A stretch of DNA of 64,000 nucleotides from Woeseiaceae bacterium (lineage in GTDB: Bacteria > Pseudomonadota > Gammaproteobacteria > Steroidobacterales > Woeseiaceae): NCBI GenBank assembly GCA_051007995.1, contig JBPCYB010000079.1:10622-74621 (forward strand), in the 5' to 3' direction. Under the pieces are notes generated by a model that worked only from the letters and a program-made list of their open reading frames with translations, was not told where the DNA came from and searched no databases. The first letter of the stretch is position 1; each line of letters opens with the position of its first letter. Position numbers and translations under genes: made by a program. Below, one piece after another: positions 19,804-31,395 of this stretch.

Positions 19804-20010
19804 CAACTGATGGCTACATGGTTTCGCGCGCAACCAAACGCCGAATCGTGAAAAACCTCTAAAACCTACGTCAAACCAGTACAATTTTGGCCCCAAAAGG
19901 GCCCATTTGCGGCGAACACCTCACAATTTCATTTCGCGTGGCATACTAATCGGCTTCCGAACCAATTTGGTTATGGGACGCGCTTTTTGCGCGTACTCCC
20001 TAGGGCGTCT

Positions 20011-23000
20011 ATGACGGAGCGATTTGCACAAGGTCTTTATGACCCGGCTTTCGAGCGCGACAGTTGCGGTTTTGGGCTGATCGCGAACCTCGATGACATG
20101 CCGAGTCATTGGGTCGTCGAAACGGCGATCTCGGCGCTTGCCCGACTGACACACCGCGGTGCTGTAGCGGCTGACGGCAAGACAGGAGATGGTTGTGGCC
20201 TGCTGCTCAAATTTCCGACCTCGTTCCTGCGCGCTGTCGGAGAAGAGCTGGGCTTTAGCCTGAATGAACGCTTTGCAGCCGGTGCGGTTTTTTTGAGCCA
20301 GGAAGAGTCGCGGGCAGCCGAAGCGCGCGAAACCGTTAATACTGCTGTGGTCGAACTGGGACTTGAGGTCGCTGGTTGGCGAGCAGTGCCGGTTGATGTA
20401 TCTGTGTGCGGTGAGCAAGCACTCAAGACGCTACCGCGTATTGAGCAGGTTTTTGTCAATGCGCCGACCGGCATGCCGCGAGGTCGATTCAATCGGCGAT
20501 TATTTCTTGCGCGGCGTCGCGCCGAGAAGCGTCTCGGTGGAGGCGATGCATACATCGCGAGTCTGTCGTCAGTAACGATCAGCTACAAAGGCATGATCAT
20601 GCCGAGCGCGCTGCCGGAATTTTATCCTGATCTACGCGATGCGCGCCTCGAATCTTCGGTCTGTGTTTTTCATCAGCGCTTCTCGACGAATACGCTGCCA
20701 CAGTGGCGCCTCGCGCAGCCGTTTCGTTTTCTCGCACACAACGGCGAGATCAACACGATTCAAGGCAATCGCAATTGGGCGATGGCGCGGGCTAAGAACT
20801 TCCTTTCCGACAAGCTCGATGACATATCAGATCTCGATCCGATCATTTCGCTGGTTGGTTCCGATTCGTCGAGCCTGGATAACATGCTTGAGGTCATGCG
20901 TGCCGGCGGCATGGACGTGCTGCAGGGTATGCGAATCCTCATGCCACCGGCCTGGCAGGCCGTGGATGACCTGGATCCGGATGTACGAGCGTTCTATGAG
21001 TTTTTCGATTGCCAGGTCGAGCCCTGGGATGGTCCGGCCGGCATTGTGTTAACGGACGGACGCTACGCCGCATGTTGCCTCGATCGCAACGGCCTTCGAC
21101 CGGCACGCTATATCATCACAGAAGATCGACATATCACGATCGCGTCAGAGGTCGGTGTATACGACTACGACGAAAAAGATGTCCTGACCAAAGGACGACT
21201 TGGTCCGGGTGAAATGATTGCTGTGGACCTGGTCAATGGCACCTTGCTCGAGAACGACGACATCCACGACATTCTTAAGACGCGCGCGCCGTACAAGAAG
21301 TGGCTAAAGAAAGGTGTCCGCTATCTCGACTCCGAATTGATTGACACGCACACGACGGCCGAACCGATGGATCCGGCAACGCTTGCGAGTTATCAAAAGA
21401 TGTTCAACATGTCGCGCGAGGAATTGCAGGACATTGTGGCCGTCTTGGCTCAGGCTGAACAGGAGGCCGTAGGGTCGATGGGCGATGACACGCCAATGGC
21501 TGTGCTGTCCAAACAACTACGATCGCCATTCGACTATTTTCGCCAGCAGTTTGCACAGGTGACAAATCCGCCGATCGACTCGTTACGCGAGCGCATCGTA
21601 ATGTCACTGCAGACCAATATCGGCCGCGAGTCGAGTCTGTTTGACGTCGGTCCGGAGCACGCCCAACAAGTCATCATGAACTCACCGGTATTGTCGCAGT
21701 TGAAATTGCGGCAGTTGCTTAGTGACGACATGTATGGAGACAGTTACGCGTTCATCGATTTGAATGTTGATGCATCGCTGTCCCTGAGCCAGGCGCTGGA
21801 CGAGATTTGCACTGCGGCAGAGAAGGCAGTGCGTGAAGGCAATTTGATTCTGATGCTCAGTGACCGCTATCTCGAAAAAGACAAGTTGCCGGTGCACGCA
21901 TTACTCGCGACGGGTGCCGTGCATCACCATCTTGTGCAGGCTGGCGTTCGTTGCGACGCGAACATCATTGTTGAGACGGGAGTCGCCCGTGATTCGCATC
22001 ACTTCGCTTGTTTGATCGGCTATGGCGCGACTGCGGTCTACCCGTATCTCGTCTACCAATCGCTGCACGACATTGCAGTGCGCGGCAACATCGACAAACA
22101 ACAGCAACTTGGACGCAGTTTTCGCCGTGGCATTCGCAAAGGCTTGTTCAAGATAATGTCGAAGATGGGCATCTCGTCTATCTCAAGCTACCGTGGCGCG
22201 CAATTGTTCGAAATTGTCGGCATGCATGACGAGGTTGTTGAGCGTTGTTTTCGTGGCACCTCGTCGCGCATTCAGGGCAGCAGTTTTGCGGACCTGCATG
22301 AGGATCAAAAGCAACTGGCAGCCGCTGCCTGGGAGCCGCGTGCATTGGTTGGGCAAGGCGGTCTGCTCAAGTACGTTCACGGCGGCGAGTATCATTGCTA
22401 CAACCCGGATGTTGTAACGACGCTGCAAACTGCGGTGCGCAGTGGCGAGTACGAACGTTACAAAGAGTACGCGGCGTTGGTTAATGACCGGCCGGTCGCA
22501 ACCTTGCGCGACCTGATGGAATTAAAGCCGCTCGGTCCGCCTGTGCCGCTCGACGAAGTTGAGCCGGTCGAAGACATCATGCTGCGCTTCGATAGTGCCG
22601 GCATGTCTTTGGGGGCGCTGTCGCCTGAAGCGCACGAGGCATTGGCGATCGCTATGAATCGCATCGGCGCGCGCTCAAACTCGGGCGAGGGCGGCGAAGA
22701 CCCGGCGCGCTATGGCACTGAGCGCATGTCCAAAATCAAACAGGTCGCGTCGGGCCGATTCGGCGTTACGGCTGAGTACCTCGTTAATGCCGAAGTACTG
22801 CAGATTAAAGTTGCGCAAGGCGCCAAGCCTGGCGAAGGTGGGCAGCTGCCGGGCCACAAGGTCAACGACATGATCGCGAAGCTTCGTTACGCGAAGCCCG
22901 GTGTTGGCCTGATTTCGCCGCCACCGCATCACGATATCTATTCCATTGAAGACCTGGCGCAGTTGATTTTCGATCTCAAGCAGGTGAATCCGGAGGCATT

Positions 23001-24462
23001 GGTATCGGTCAAACTGGTAGCAGAGCCAGGCGTCGGCACAATCGCTGCAGGCGTTGTCAAAGCCTATGCCGACCTGATCACGATATCCGGCTACGATGGC
23101 GGTACGGGTGCGAGTCCACTCAGTTCGGTTAAGTATGCGGGTAGTCCGTGGGAGCTAGGATTATCGGAAACGCACCAGGTTCTGCGCGGCAACGATCTGC
23201 GCCACAAAGTTCGGCTGCAGACTGACGGTGGGCTGAAGACGGGTGTCGACGTCATCAAGGCGGCCATGCTTGGAGCGGAAAGTTTCGGTTTTGGCACCGG
23301 GCCGATGGTTGCACTGGGCTGCAAGTACTTACGTATCTGTCACCTGAATAACTGCGCGACCGGTGTCGCTACGCAAAACAATATCTTGCGCAGCGAGTAC
23401 TTCATCGGTTTACCTGAAATGGTGATCAACTTTTTCCGTTTCGTAGCCGAAGAGTCACGCCAGCTAATGGCGGAGCTGGGTGTTCGAAAATTGGAAGATT
23501 TGATCGGGCGCTTCGACTTGCTTGAGCTGAAAGAGGGCGAGACAGAGCGGCAATCGCGGCTGGACCTTTCGCCTATTCTGTCTTTGGAAGGACTCGCAAA
23601 AGACGCGCCGCAATACTGTACCGACCTTCGCAACGAGCCGTTCGATAAGGGTGAGCTGGCCGAGGAAATGCTGCAAACGGTCCTGCCCGCGATTGAATCG
23701 AAATCCGGTGGGCGCTTCGGGTTTGAGGTGCGTAACTTTAATCGCTCGATAGGCGGTCGACTGGCGGGCGAGATCGCGCGCCGTCACGGCAACATCGACA
23801 TGGCTGATGCGCCGCTGGAAATATCGCTGCGCGGTACCGCTGGACAGAGTTTCGGTGTCTGGAATGTTGCTGGTCTTAATCTCACGCTTATCGGTGACGC
23901 GAACGATTACGTCGGCAAAGGCATGGCCGGCGGGCGCATCGTTATCCGGCCGCCTGATGGCGTTTCTTACGATGTTCGCGAAACAGCGATCATCGGCAAC
24001 ACCTGCTTATATGGTGCAACCGGTGGGCAATTGTTTGCAGCGGGCACGGCTGGCGAGCGATTTGCTGTACGAAATTCCGGCGCCACGGCTGTCATCGAAG
24101 GATCGGGTGATCATTGCTGTGAGTACATGACCGACGGTGTAGTCGTCGTGCTCGGGCGTACGGGCGTGAATTTTGGCGCCGGCATGACGGGTGGGTTCGC
24201 GTATGTGCTCGACATCGAACGCGACTTTGTTGATCGCTACAACCATGAATTGATCGACATTCATCGGGTTTCACCGGAGAGCATGGAGGCACATTTGCAT
24301 CATTTGCGCGCTCTTATCGTGCAGCATGTTGAAGCTACAGGCAGTGAGTGGGGCGAGATGATTCTCGAAGACTATCGTACGTTCTTGCCGAAATTCTGGG
24401 TTGTTAAACCCAAGGCCGCAGAGCTTGGATCTCTGATTAAATCATTGCGGCAGGCAGCGTAA
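20011..24462 (+). CDS. gltB: glutamate synthase (NADPH) large subunit
   Basis: Start taken at [27 protein letters not shown] (N-terminal nucleophile Cys). Full amidotransferase, central, FMN and GXGXG domains. Confidence 0.96.
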   Translation: MTERFAQGLYDPAFERDSCGFGLIANLDDMPSHWVVETAISALARLTHRGAVAADGKTGDGCGLLLKFPTSFLRAVGEELGFSLNERFAAGAVFLSQEESRAAEARETVNTAVVELGLEVAGWRAVPVDVSVCGEQALKTLPRIEQVFVNAPTGMPRGRFNRRLFLARRRAEKRLGGGDAYIASLSSVTISYKGMIMPSALPEFYPDLRDARLESSVCVFHQRFSTNTLPQWRLAQPFRFLAHNGEINTIQGNRNWAMARAKNFLSDKLDDISDLDPIISLVGSDSSSLDNMLEVMRAGGMDVLQGMRILMPPAWQAVDDLDPDVRAFYEFFDCQVEPWDGPAGIVLTDGRYAACCLDRNGLRPARYIITEDRHITIASEVGVYDYDEKDVLTKGRLGPGEMIAVDLVNGTLLENDDIHDILKTRAPYKKWLKKGVRYLDSELIDTHTTAEPMDPATLASYQKMFNMSREELQDIVAVLAQAEQEAVGSMGDDTPMAVLSKQLRSPFDYFRQQFAQVTNPPIDSLRERIVMSLQTNIGRESSLFDVGPEHAQQVIMNSPVLSQLKLRQLLSDDMYGDSYAFIDLNVDASLSLSQALDEICTAAEKAVREGNLILMLSDRYLEKDKLPVHALLATGAVHHHLVQAGVRCDANIIVETGVARDSHHFACLIGYGATAVYPYLVYQSLHDIAVRGNIDKQQQLGRSFRRGIRKGLFKIMSKMGISSISSYRGAQLFEIVGMHDEVVERCFRGTSSRIQGSSFADLHEDQKQLAAAAWEPRALVGQGGLLKYVHGGEYHCYNPDVVTTLQTAVRSGEYERYKEYAALVNDRPVATLRDLMELKPLGPPVPLDEVEPVEDIMLRFDSAGMSLGALSPEAHEALAIAMNRIGARSNSGEGGEDPARYGTERMSKIKQVASGRFGVTAEYLVNAEVLQIKVAQGAKPGEGGQLPGHKVNDMIAKLRYAKPGVGLISPPPHHDIYSIEDLAQLIFDLKQVNPEALVSVKLVAEPGVGTIAAGVVKAYADLITISGYDGGTGASPLSSVKYAGSPWELGLSETHQVLRGNDLRHKVRLQTDGGLKTGVDVIKAAMLGAESFGFGTGPMVALGCKYLRICHLNNCATGVATQNNILRSEYFIGLPEMVINFFRFVAEESRQLMAELGVRKLEDLIGRFDLLELKEGETERQSRLDLSPILSLEGLAKDAPQYCTDLRNEPFDKGELAEEMLQTVLPAIESKSGGRFGFEVRNFNRSIGGRLAGEIARRHGNIDMADAPLEISLRGTAGQSFGVWNVAGLNLTLIGDANDYVGKGMAGGRIVIRPPDGVSYDVRETAIIGNTCLYGATGGQLFAAGTAGERFAVRNSGATAVIEGSGDHCCEYMTDGVVVVLGRTGVNFGAGMTGGFAYVLDIERDFVDRYNHELIDIHRVSPESMEAHLHHLRALIVQHVEATGSEWGEMILEDYRTFLPKFWVVKPKAAELGSLIKSLRQAA

Positions 24463-25881
<1,419 letters not shown>

Positions 25882-25890
25882 ATCTGAGTA

Positions 25891-26937
25891 GTGAGCACAG
25901 TAGCAATGGTAGTCGACGGGCAAGAACAGATTCTCGGACCATTCACGGACTTGGCGAACAAGATTGCCGCAGCGCTCTGGAATGCCGTATTGCCGGGCGC
26001 GGGCAGCACGTTCTGGTGGCCGTTGCTACTTCTGACGCTTGTCATCACGATCCTGTTCTGGGTATTCCGAAACGGTCGCGGCGCTAAGGATGTCGATGGC
26101 CGCGAACGGCCGATGGGACTGCTTGAGTACATTATTCCCAAGCGCATTTACACGCACCCTTCCGCGCGGGTCGATATCTGGTTGTATCTCCTCGACAAAG
26201 GAATGATGCCGGTATGGGTCATACTTTTTCTAGGCTCGGTCGCACCCTTCGTCGAGCGAAATACGATCAGTGCTGTGCAGACGATGTTTGGCGCAAGCCC
26301 GGAACTGGCTGCAACCGTTCCATGGCGTCTCGTTTACGGCGCCGTCACGGTCCTGATCGCAGACATGATTTTCTACTTCACGCATTACATGATGCACAAG
26401 ACGCAGATAGGCTGGGCAATTCATAAAGTGCACCACTCAGCGCAAGTGCTCACTCCGCTGACGCGACCGCGCGAACATTTTATCGCCGGGCCCATCTGGG
26501 CGCTTGGACCCGCTATCGGGCTTTCAATATCTGGCGGTATCTTCGCCTGGGCATTTAATGGCGACATCACGCGAGTCACAGTTGTTAACGTAGGAATTTT
26601 TTCGCTTCTGTATGCGCTCAATGGCAATTTTCGTCATTACCACGTGTCTTTCCGCTATCCGCGCTGGCTGGAGTATTGGCTGCAAAGTCCCGGTATGCAT
26701 CACACGCATCACAGTTACCTAGAGAAGCACTGGGACACGAACCTCGGGCTGGTAACGAGTATCTGGGACCGAATGTTCGGCACCTTATATATCGCCGATC
26801 GCTACGAAGAGACTCCGTGGGGTCTGGCACCGAAGGATCAGAACGAATACTCGACGTTGCGAGACAATCTGGTCACACCGTTTCGCGAAATATTCCGCAT
26901 TCTACGCGGCAAACCGAAGATACCGAGTCCCGAGTAG
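25891..26937 (+). CDS. fatty acid hydroxylase / sterol desaturase family membrane protein
   Basis: Histidine boxes HYMMHK, HKVHHS and MHHTHHS in a polytopic protein. Confidence 0.8.
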   Translation: MSTVAMVVDGQEQILGPFTDLANKIAAALWNAVLPGAGSTFWWPLLLLTLVITILFWVFRNGRGAKDVDGRERPMGLLEYIIPKRIYTHPSARVDIWLYLLDKGMMPVWVILFLGSVAPFVERNTISAVQTMFGASPELAATVPWRLVYGAVTVLIADMIFYFTHYMMHKTQIGWAIHKVHHSAQVLTPLTRPREHFIAGPIWALGPAIGLSISGGIFAWAFNGDITRVTVVNVGIFSLLYALNGNFRHYHVSFRYPRWLEYWLQSPGMHHTHHSYLEKHWDTNLGLVTSIWDRMFGTLYIADRYEETPWGLAPKDQNEYSTLRDNLVTPFREIFRILRGKPKIPSPE

Positions 26938-26941
26938 GGCG

Positions 26942-27292
26942 TCAGTCCAGCTCGCTGCCAAAGACCTGCCGCGGCTTAAGGCTCGCTATGTCTACATCCG
27001 GCAAGCAGCGAACGTTAACTCCCCAAAGGTCAGGAGCCGTGCGTGGCCGATGAAACGGATGTATGCCGCAGGTCGGGCAGAAGTAATGTTTGGCGAGATG
27101 TTTGTTGAATGTATACAGGCGCAGGTCGTCGATCGATGTCAGGACCTCAAAATCGGATTCCTCGATTCGATTAATGATCGTTCCTTTTCGCGAACAGATT
27201 GAGCAGTCACAGACGATGGAGTCGGCCAGATCCAGTGTGGCACGGAAGCGAAAGTTTCCACAGTGACAGGAACCGTCATAGGTTTGTTTCAT
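26942..27292 (-). CDS. GFA (glutathione-dependent formaldehyde-activating / CENP-V) family Cys-Zn protein
   Basis: CHCGNFRF, CDCSIC, CPTCG. ATG 27292 forms an ATGA overlap with the upstream stop. Confidence 0.75.
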   Translation of the reverse strand: MKQTYDGSCHCGNFRFRATLDLADSIVCDCSICSRKGTIINRIEESDFEVLTSIDDLRLYTFNKHLAKHYFCPTCGIHPFHRPRTAPDLWGVNVRCLPDVDIASLKPRQVFGSELD

Positions 27293-27975
27293 GGCATGCA
27301 CTCAACGTCGAAGTCCACATGAAAATGTTCGTCGTGTCGAACCCACGACGGACGTTCAGAGAATTGTACGTTTTGTTGTAAATATGGCCAACGCGGAGAA
27401 GTTTTCAGGTATGGCTGCAGTTGCGGGTCGAAAATAACGCGCCAGATACCAATGTCGGCTTGTTGCGCGGCGATATGAAGCTGGTAGATGTGTTCGGCAA
27501 TCGCAGCGTAGTCAATTGTCAGTCCATCAAGAGTGCCGGCCGAGTCGAATTCGAGATCGTAGCCCCATTTGTTAAGTACATTGCTTGGTAATGGAACTGA
27601 ATCGCCATTTTCGTTCAGGACAGGCACCATGAAATCGACCGACAAACCATTGCGATGAGTTTTGTGCGGGGCGAACTCGCCACCGGATTTCTTGCCCGTT
27701 TCGCCGTAGACGAAGACTGTGTCAGGCATCGTTTCTTGAAGCGCAGCATACGCGTCCAGAATCACAGCATGTACTGAGCTGTGCACGAAACTTCGCCCGA
27801 GCAGACGGCCCGTGGTCCAGTGCGTCGAAAAATTCGGACCGGCCGTGGGAATTTGCCAACCATTCTCCAGAGATCCGTTTGATGTCGTGCCGTGACACAC
27901 GCTGGGCTCGCGTGCTTCACCTGGAAGCGCGATAAGAACTAGTATGACGCCACTTACCAGGCTCGGTTTTTTCAT
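27289..27975 (-). CDS. MepA-like penicillin-insensitive murein endopeptidase (LAS metallopeptidase)
   Basis: Signal peptide MKKPSLVSGVILVLIALPGEA. H-x6-D (HRNGLSVD) and H-x-H (HDEHFHVDF) zinc signatures. N-terminal SNGSLENGWQIP as in MepA. Confidence 0.78.
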   Translation of the reverse strand: MKKPSLVSGVILVLIALPGEAREPSVCHGTTSNGSLENGWQIPTAGPNFSTHWTTGRLLGRSFVHSSVHAVILDAYAALQETMPDTVFVYGETGKKSGGEFAPHKTHRNGLSVDFMVPVLNENGDSVPLPSNVLNKWGYDLEFDSAGTLDGLTIDYAAIAEHIYQLHIAAQQADIGIWRVIFDPQLQPYLKTSPRWPYLQQNVQFSERPSWVRHDEHFHVDFDVECMP

Positions 27976-27981
27976 CGTTCC

Positions 27982-29076
27982 TCAGTCGACGAGGTGTCGA
28001 CTACTGGCTTCAGGGTCGCAGCCATACTCGTCTTGCCACGGGTACGCCGGATCAAGAGACATCGTCTGCGATAGCGAAACGGGCTCCGTCAAATAGGTGG
28101 GATCGGTAATCGTGTACTCGTAGTTCATTCTCGAACCGCCGTCCAACAATGTGAAGCGCTCGACGAGGTGTTTTTCATCGCTCGACGAAAGTCCGTTGCC
28201 GATGCCCCACTGTGCGGGCGTGAAACTCGCTGTATCGACAACGAGAGTCGCATCTTCGAACCATCCGACTGAGTGCCCCAGATGGCTTGGTTCTACGTCG
28301 GCCGGGTGTTCGCGATCTCCCAGATATACGATTCGTTCCACATCGAGGATTTCATGGCGGATAATAATTTGTTCGCTGTCATCGCGAATGAACTTGTGAG
28401 CACCGACGCCAGAAAACAGCCAGGGCGGTGTCTTGGACACGCATCGAAACCACGGATTGTCCGCAACGTTCCAGGCGTCCAGCTCGGCCCGTCCGAGCTC
28501 GGTAACGGGTAAGCCGACCGCTTGGGTCTGTCCGCCCAATGACATCGCGTTTGGGTTTTGCTCTCCATTGCCACCCGATCGGTCGCGACCACGCTCGCCA
28601 AAGCGGCCGCCTTCGACCCGCCACATGCCGCTAAAATCGTCAGATTTGGCAGTTCGGTCTGGTTGTTGACGGCGCACTCGCGGCGCAGAGTTCGGGGCAG
28701 TGCCCGGCGCCGAGGCGATTATCTCTCCGTCGGGCAACACAAAGTAGTTCGAGTAATAAAGATTCTTGTTCGGATTGTTATCCGGACTTGCGAAAACCGT
28801 AACTTCGTCACCAACTTTCAGCGTGTCTCTCGTCCAGCCTTGTCGCGTCAGGACAGACACCGAGTTGAGTTCCAGTAGCAATTCGGTCGATTCGCCTGCG
28901 TCGTTGACGATCGCCAAAGTCGCAAAAGTATGCGGATTTCGCCAGGAATACTCAGTGATGACTCCATGAAACTCCAGGACTTCATCCAGGTTGAAGTTAC
29001 TGCGGGAATGGTGGCTCCATGTGATCGCGGGCGCGAGCACGACTAGTGCGACGAGAAAAAATCTACGCATGCGCAA
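27982..29076 (-). CDS. secreted protein of unknown function (DUF6152-like N-terminal domain plus ~230-aa C-terminal domain)
   Basis: Signal peptide MRMRRFFLVALVVLAPAITWS followed by HHS. EFHGVITEYSWRNPHTF...VTVFASP resembles DUF6152 from memory. The start overlaps the upstream gene by 14 nt. Confidence 0.7.
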   Translation of the reverse strand: MRMRRFFLVALVVLAPAITWSHHSRSNFNLDEVLEFHGVITEYSWRNPHTFATLAIVNDAGESTELLLELNSVSVLTRQGWTRDTLKVGDEVTVFASPDNNPNKNLYYSNYFVLPDGEIIASAPGTAPNSAPRVRRQQPDRTAKSDDFSGMWRVEGGRFGERGRDRSGGNGEQNPNAMSLGGQTQAVGLPVTELGRAELDAWNVADNPWFRCVSKTPPWLFSGVGAHKFIRDDSEQIIIRHEILDVERIVYLGDREHPADVEPSHLGHSVGWFEDATLVVDTASFTPAQWGIGNGLSSSDEKHLVERFTLLDGGSRMNYEYTITDPTYLTEPVSLSQTMSLDPAYPWQDEYGCDPEASSRHLVD

Positions 29077-29350
29077 TTTCTTTTTCGGTGAACAGGAAGT
29101 CTCTGAGCTCCTTGTCCATCACGGGATCCTGGCGTCGGATCCATTCCAGCACCATTGCGGCGTGTTCTTTTTCCTCGTCGCGATTGTGTGCGAGGATCGC
29201 GGCGAGTTCTTTGTTCTTGCACGCATCGACGCGTTGGTTGTACCAGTCGACGGCTTCGAGCTCCTCCATCAATGATGTAATTGCGCGGTGCATGTCGCGT
29301 GTTTCGTCAGACAATTCTTCGATCGGTTCGTGGTATCCCTCATTCGCCAT
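29063..29350 (-). CDS. encapsulated-ferritin-like (EncFtn family) ferroxidase-fold protein, without a targeting tail
   Basis: 95 aa. HRAITSLMEELEAVDWYNQRVDACKNKELAAILAHNRDEEKEHAAMVLEWIRR is near-identical in pattern to the Rhodospirillum rubrum EncFtn core as I recall it (MEELEAVDWY.QRVD...ILAHNRDEEKEHAAM.LEW). An AAGGA Shine-Dalgarno overlaps the upstream stop. Confidence 0.8.
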   Translation of the reverse strand: MANEGYHEPIEELSDETRDMHRAITSLMEELEAVDWYNQRVDACKNKELAAILAHNRDEEKEHAAMVLEWIRRQDPVMDKELRDFLFTEKEIAHA

Positions 29351-29361
29351 TGCATGTTCCT

Positions 29362-31395
29362 TTATGTTGTTGCCGGCAACGCGACCGAGAATCGGACGCC
29401 GCCTTCGATATTCGTTGCTGAAATACTACCACCGTGGCCTTCTGCAATGAGCTTGGCTACGTAAAGCCCAAGGCCAAGATGGCGGTCGTTCTTACCGCTC
29501 CGCACCGAGACCATCGAATCGAACAATTGCGTGCGCATGCGCTCCGGCAGTTGCGGTCCCGGGTTCGTTACCGTTACCAGCATTGCGTCTGTGTCGCGCT
29601 CCAGACCAATCCGGATCGTGTCATCGTGGGCACTGAAGTCAACAGCATTATCGACAAGCTTGTCGAGCATCTGGATGAGCAACTCAGGTGAGCCGCTCAT
29701 CGAACCACTGTCGAGGTCAGTCTCGAAGTCAAAATTGCGAGACGGGTATACATCGCGGTAAGCGGCGACTGTTGATTGCAGAACGGTATACAAATCGAAG
29801 TCCTCGGGTTCGGCGTGCTCCATTAGTTCCTCTACCCGGCTTGCTTCACTCATTGCAGTCAGAATGCGGCGAAGCCTGTCGGCGCCGTCTTTGGCGCGCG
29901 CAGCATAATCTGCGGAGGCTTCATTTAGCGGCTCGTGTTCGAGATTTTCCAATGACGAGGAAACGATCGCGAGCGGTGTTCGTAGTTCATGCGAAAGTTT
30001 CGACGCAAGCGTGCGCAAATATTCGTTGTAGTCACCGAGTTGTCGCAGCACATGCGAGAAACTTCTCGAGAGATCGCCAACCTCATCTCCAGATAACGCG
30101 CTGGGCAATGTGCTGCGCAAGTCGTCATTCTCCAATGCATCTTCAGCTGCGACACTCAATCGCCGAATGCGCCGCGACAACCAGGTCGCATAGCCAAGTA
30201 GCGCAACTGCTGCCAACACAGTTGCAACAACGGTCACATACATTAACTGCGCCAATCCCTTGTTGGTCAGACTGAGGATGGCATCCGTGCCCTGTTGCAC
30301 GACCAATGCGCCGATGACCGTGTTGTTCGTCATCACCGGTTGTGCGACGGCGACGATCGCGTCACCGCTATCAGCATTTCGAAACCAGCTTACGGACGCC
30401 TCGCCGTCCAGCGCTTGCGTGATGTACGACTGACTTTCACGCCCACCGGGATCGGGTTCTGCGAGCACGGCTTCCTGGCCAGGCTCGACAATGGCTTCGT
30501 AGGCCATTCGCAGCCACATTGATCCGACACTGGTTTGCTCGTCGGGCAACGCGACATTACCCGCTGATGCGATTCGCCATCCCGATGAGTCGGTCAGTGT
30601 TAACCGCATACCCGGTTGCGCGAGATCAGCGGCAATTGCCGTCAGTTCCTCCGAGGTATTGACGAATGCACCGGGCGAGCGTGCCGAAAAGCTCGCGCTA
30701 CGAACCGCGTTTTGTAGCGCATCGCCCGTATTGCTCACGACGAGACCCAGGTTTGTGCCCAGCTTTCCAGCCGGAATCCGCGCTTCCAACTGGTAGCCGC
30801 GAGACGGCAGGTCTTGCCAAAAAGCAGTTATCGTCGCATCGGGTGCGAAGCCATACGCAGTTCGGATATAGCTAATGATCGGCCCCGGCGCTTCTGCACC
30901 GAATACCAGGGTCTCGTCGAGGTACGGCGGACTCGAATTGACCAGGCCCACACGATCCGCAAAGCGCGTCCCATCATCAACGGCGATCGTGCCCGGTGTC
31001 GCATAGACAACATTGCTGTCGGCAACTTCGACGTACAAGTAAACTGATTCTTCGTGCAAGCCGATGACAAAGCGGATGGGACCATCGCTGCCGCGCATAT
31101 CGCGCAACGCATCGCGACTCAGATTCCAGTCGTCAAAGTAGCCATCGATCGCCGGCCGGGAATCAATGCGGTGACCGTACAACTGATCGCCCACTACATG
31201 ATTGTTTGTGTGCTGCAACGGAAACTGGTCCTCGTACTGTGCCAGCGAGTCAGCAAGTGCCCGCGCGGTGCCCGCTAACATTTGTTGCTGTCCAGATCGC
31301 AGAGCGGACTCGGTTTCGCGTATGAACTGGCAACCGGCCCACGGCAACACAAGGGTAAGCAGGCTAACGAGAAGCAACTGCCGCTTAAGGTTCAT
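29362..31395 (-). CDS. sensor histidine kinase of the proteobacterial dedicated sortase system
   Basis: 677 aa. N-terminal TM, ~380-aa periplasmic domain, second TM (YVTVVATVLAAVALLGYATWL), HisKA H-box SHELRTPL and HATPase G-boxes (GLGLYVAKLIAEGHGG). The context matches the TIGR03785-type kinase. Confidence 0.85.
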   Translation of the reverse strand: MNLKRQLLLVSLLTLVLPWAGCQFIRETESALRSGQQQMLAGTARALADSLAQYEDQFPLQHTNNHVVGDQLYGHRIDSRPAIDGYFDDWNLSRDALRDMRGSDGPIRFVIGLHEESVYLYVEVADSNVVYATPGTIAVDDGTRFADRVGLVNSSPPYLDETLVFGAEAPGPIISYIRTAYGFAPDATITAFWQDLPSRGYQLEARIPAGKLGTNLGLVVSNTGDALQNAVRSASFSARSPGAFVNTSEELTAIAADLAQPGMRLTLTDSSGWRIASAGNVALPDEQTSVGSMWLRMAYEAIVEPGQEAVLAEPDPGGRESQSYITQALDGEASVSWFRNADSGDAIVAVAQPVMTNNTVIGALVVQQGTDAILSLTNKGLAQLMYVTVVATVLAAVALLGYATWLSRRIRRLSVAAEDALENDDLRSTLPSALSGDEVGDLSRSFSHVLRQLGDYNEYLRTLASKLSHELRTPLAIVSSSLENLEHEPLNEASADYAARAKDGADRLRRILTAMSEASRVEELMEHAEPEDFDLYTVLQSTVAAYRDVYPSRNFDFETDLDSGSMSGSPELLIQMLDKLVDNAVDFSAHDDTIRIGLERDTDAMLVTVTNPGPQLPERMRTQLFDSMVSVRSGKNDRHLGLGLYVAKLIAEGHGGSISATNIEGGVRFSVALPATT

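Noticed and set aside
19889-19908. Hairpin GGCCC-CAAAA-GGGCC followed by CATTT, downstream of the LEA-2 lipoprotein gene, considered as a terminator
   Set aside because: The stem is only 5 bp and the T-tract is 3 nt, which is too weak to call an intrinsic terminator without energy calculation or transcript data.
19921-20418. 165-aa minus-strand ORF overlapping the gltB start region
   Set aside because: It is antisense to the invariant GltB N-terminal amidotransferase domain (CGFGLIANL), and the rest lies in the gltB leader. No motif found.
27982-29076. Whether the gene after the EncFtn-like ORF could be a divergent encapsulin shell
   Set aside because: It has a cleavable signal peptide, and encapsulins are cytoplasmic. 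It also lacks any resemblance to the HK97-fold encapsulin N-terminus or length pattern I know.
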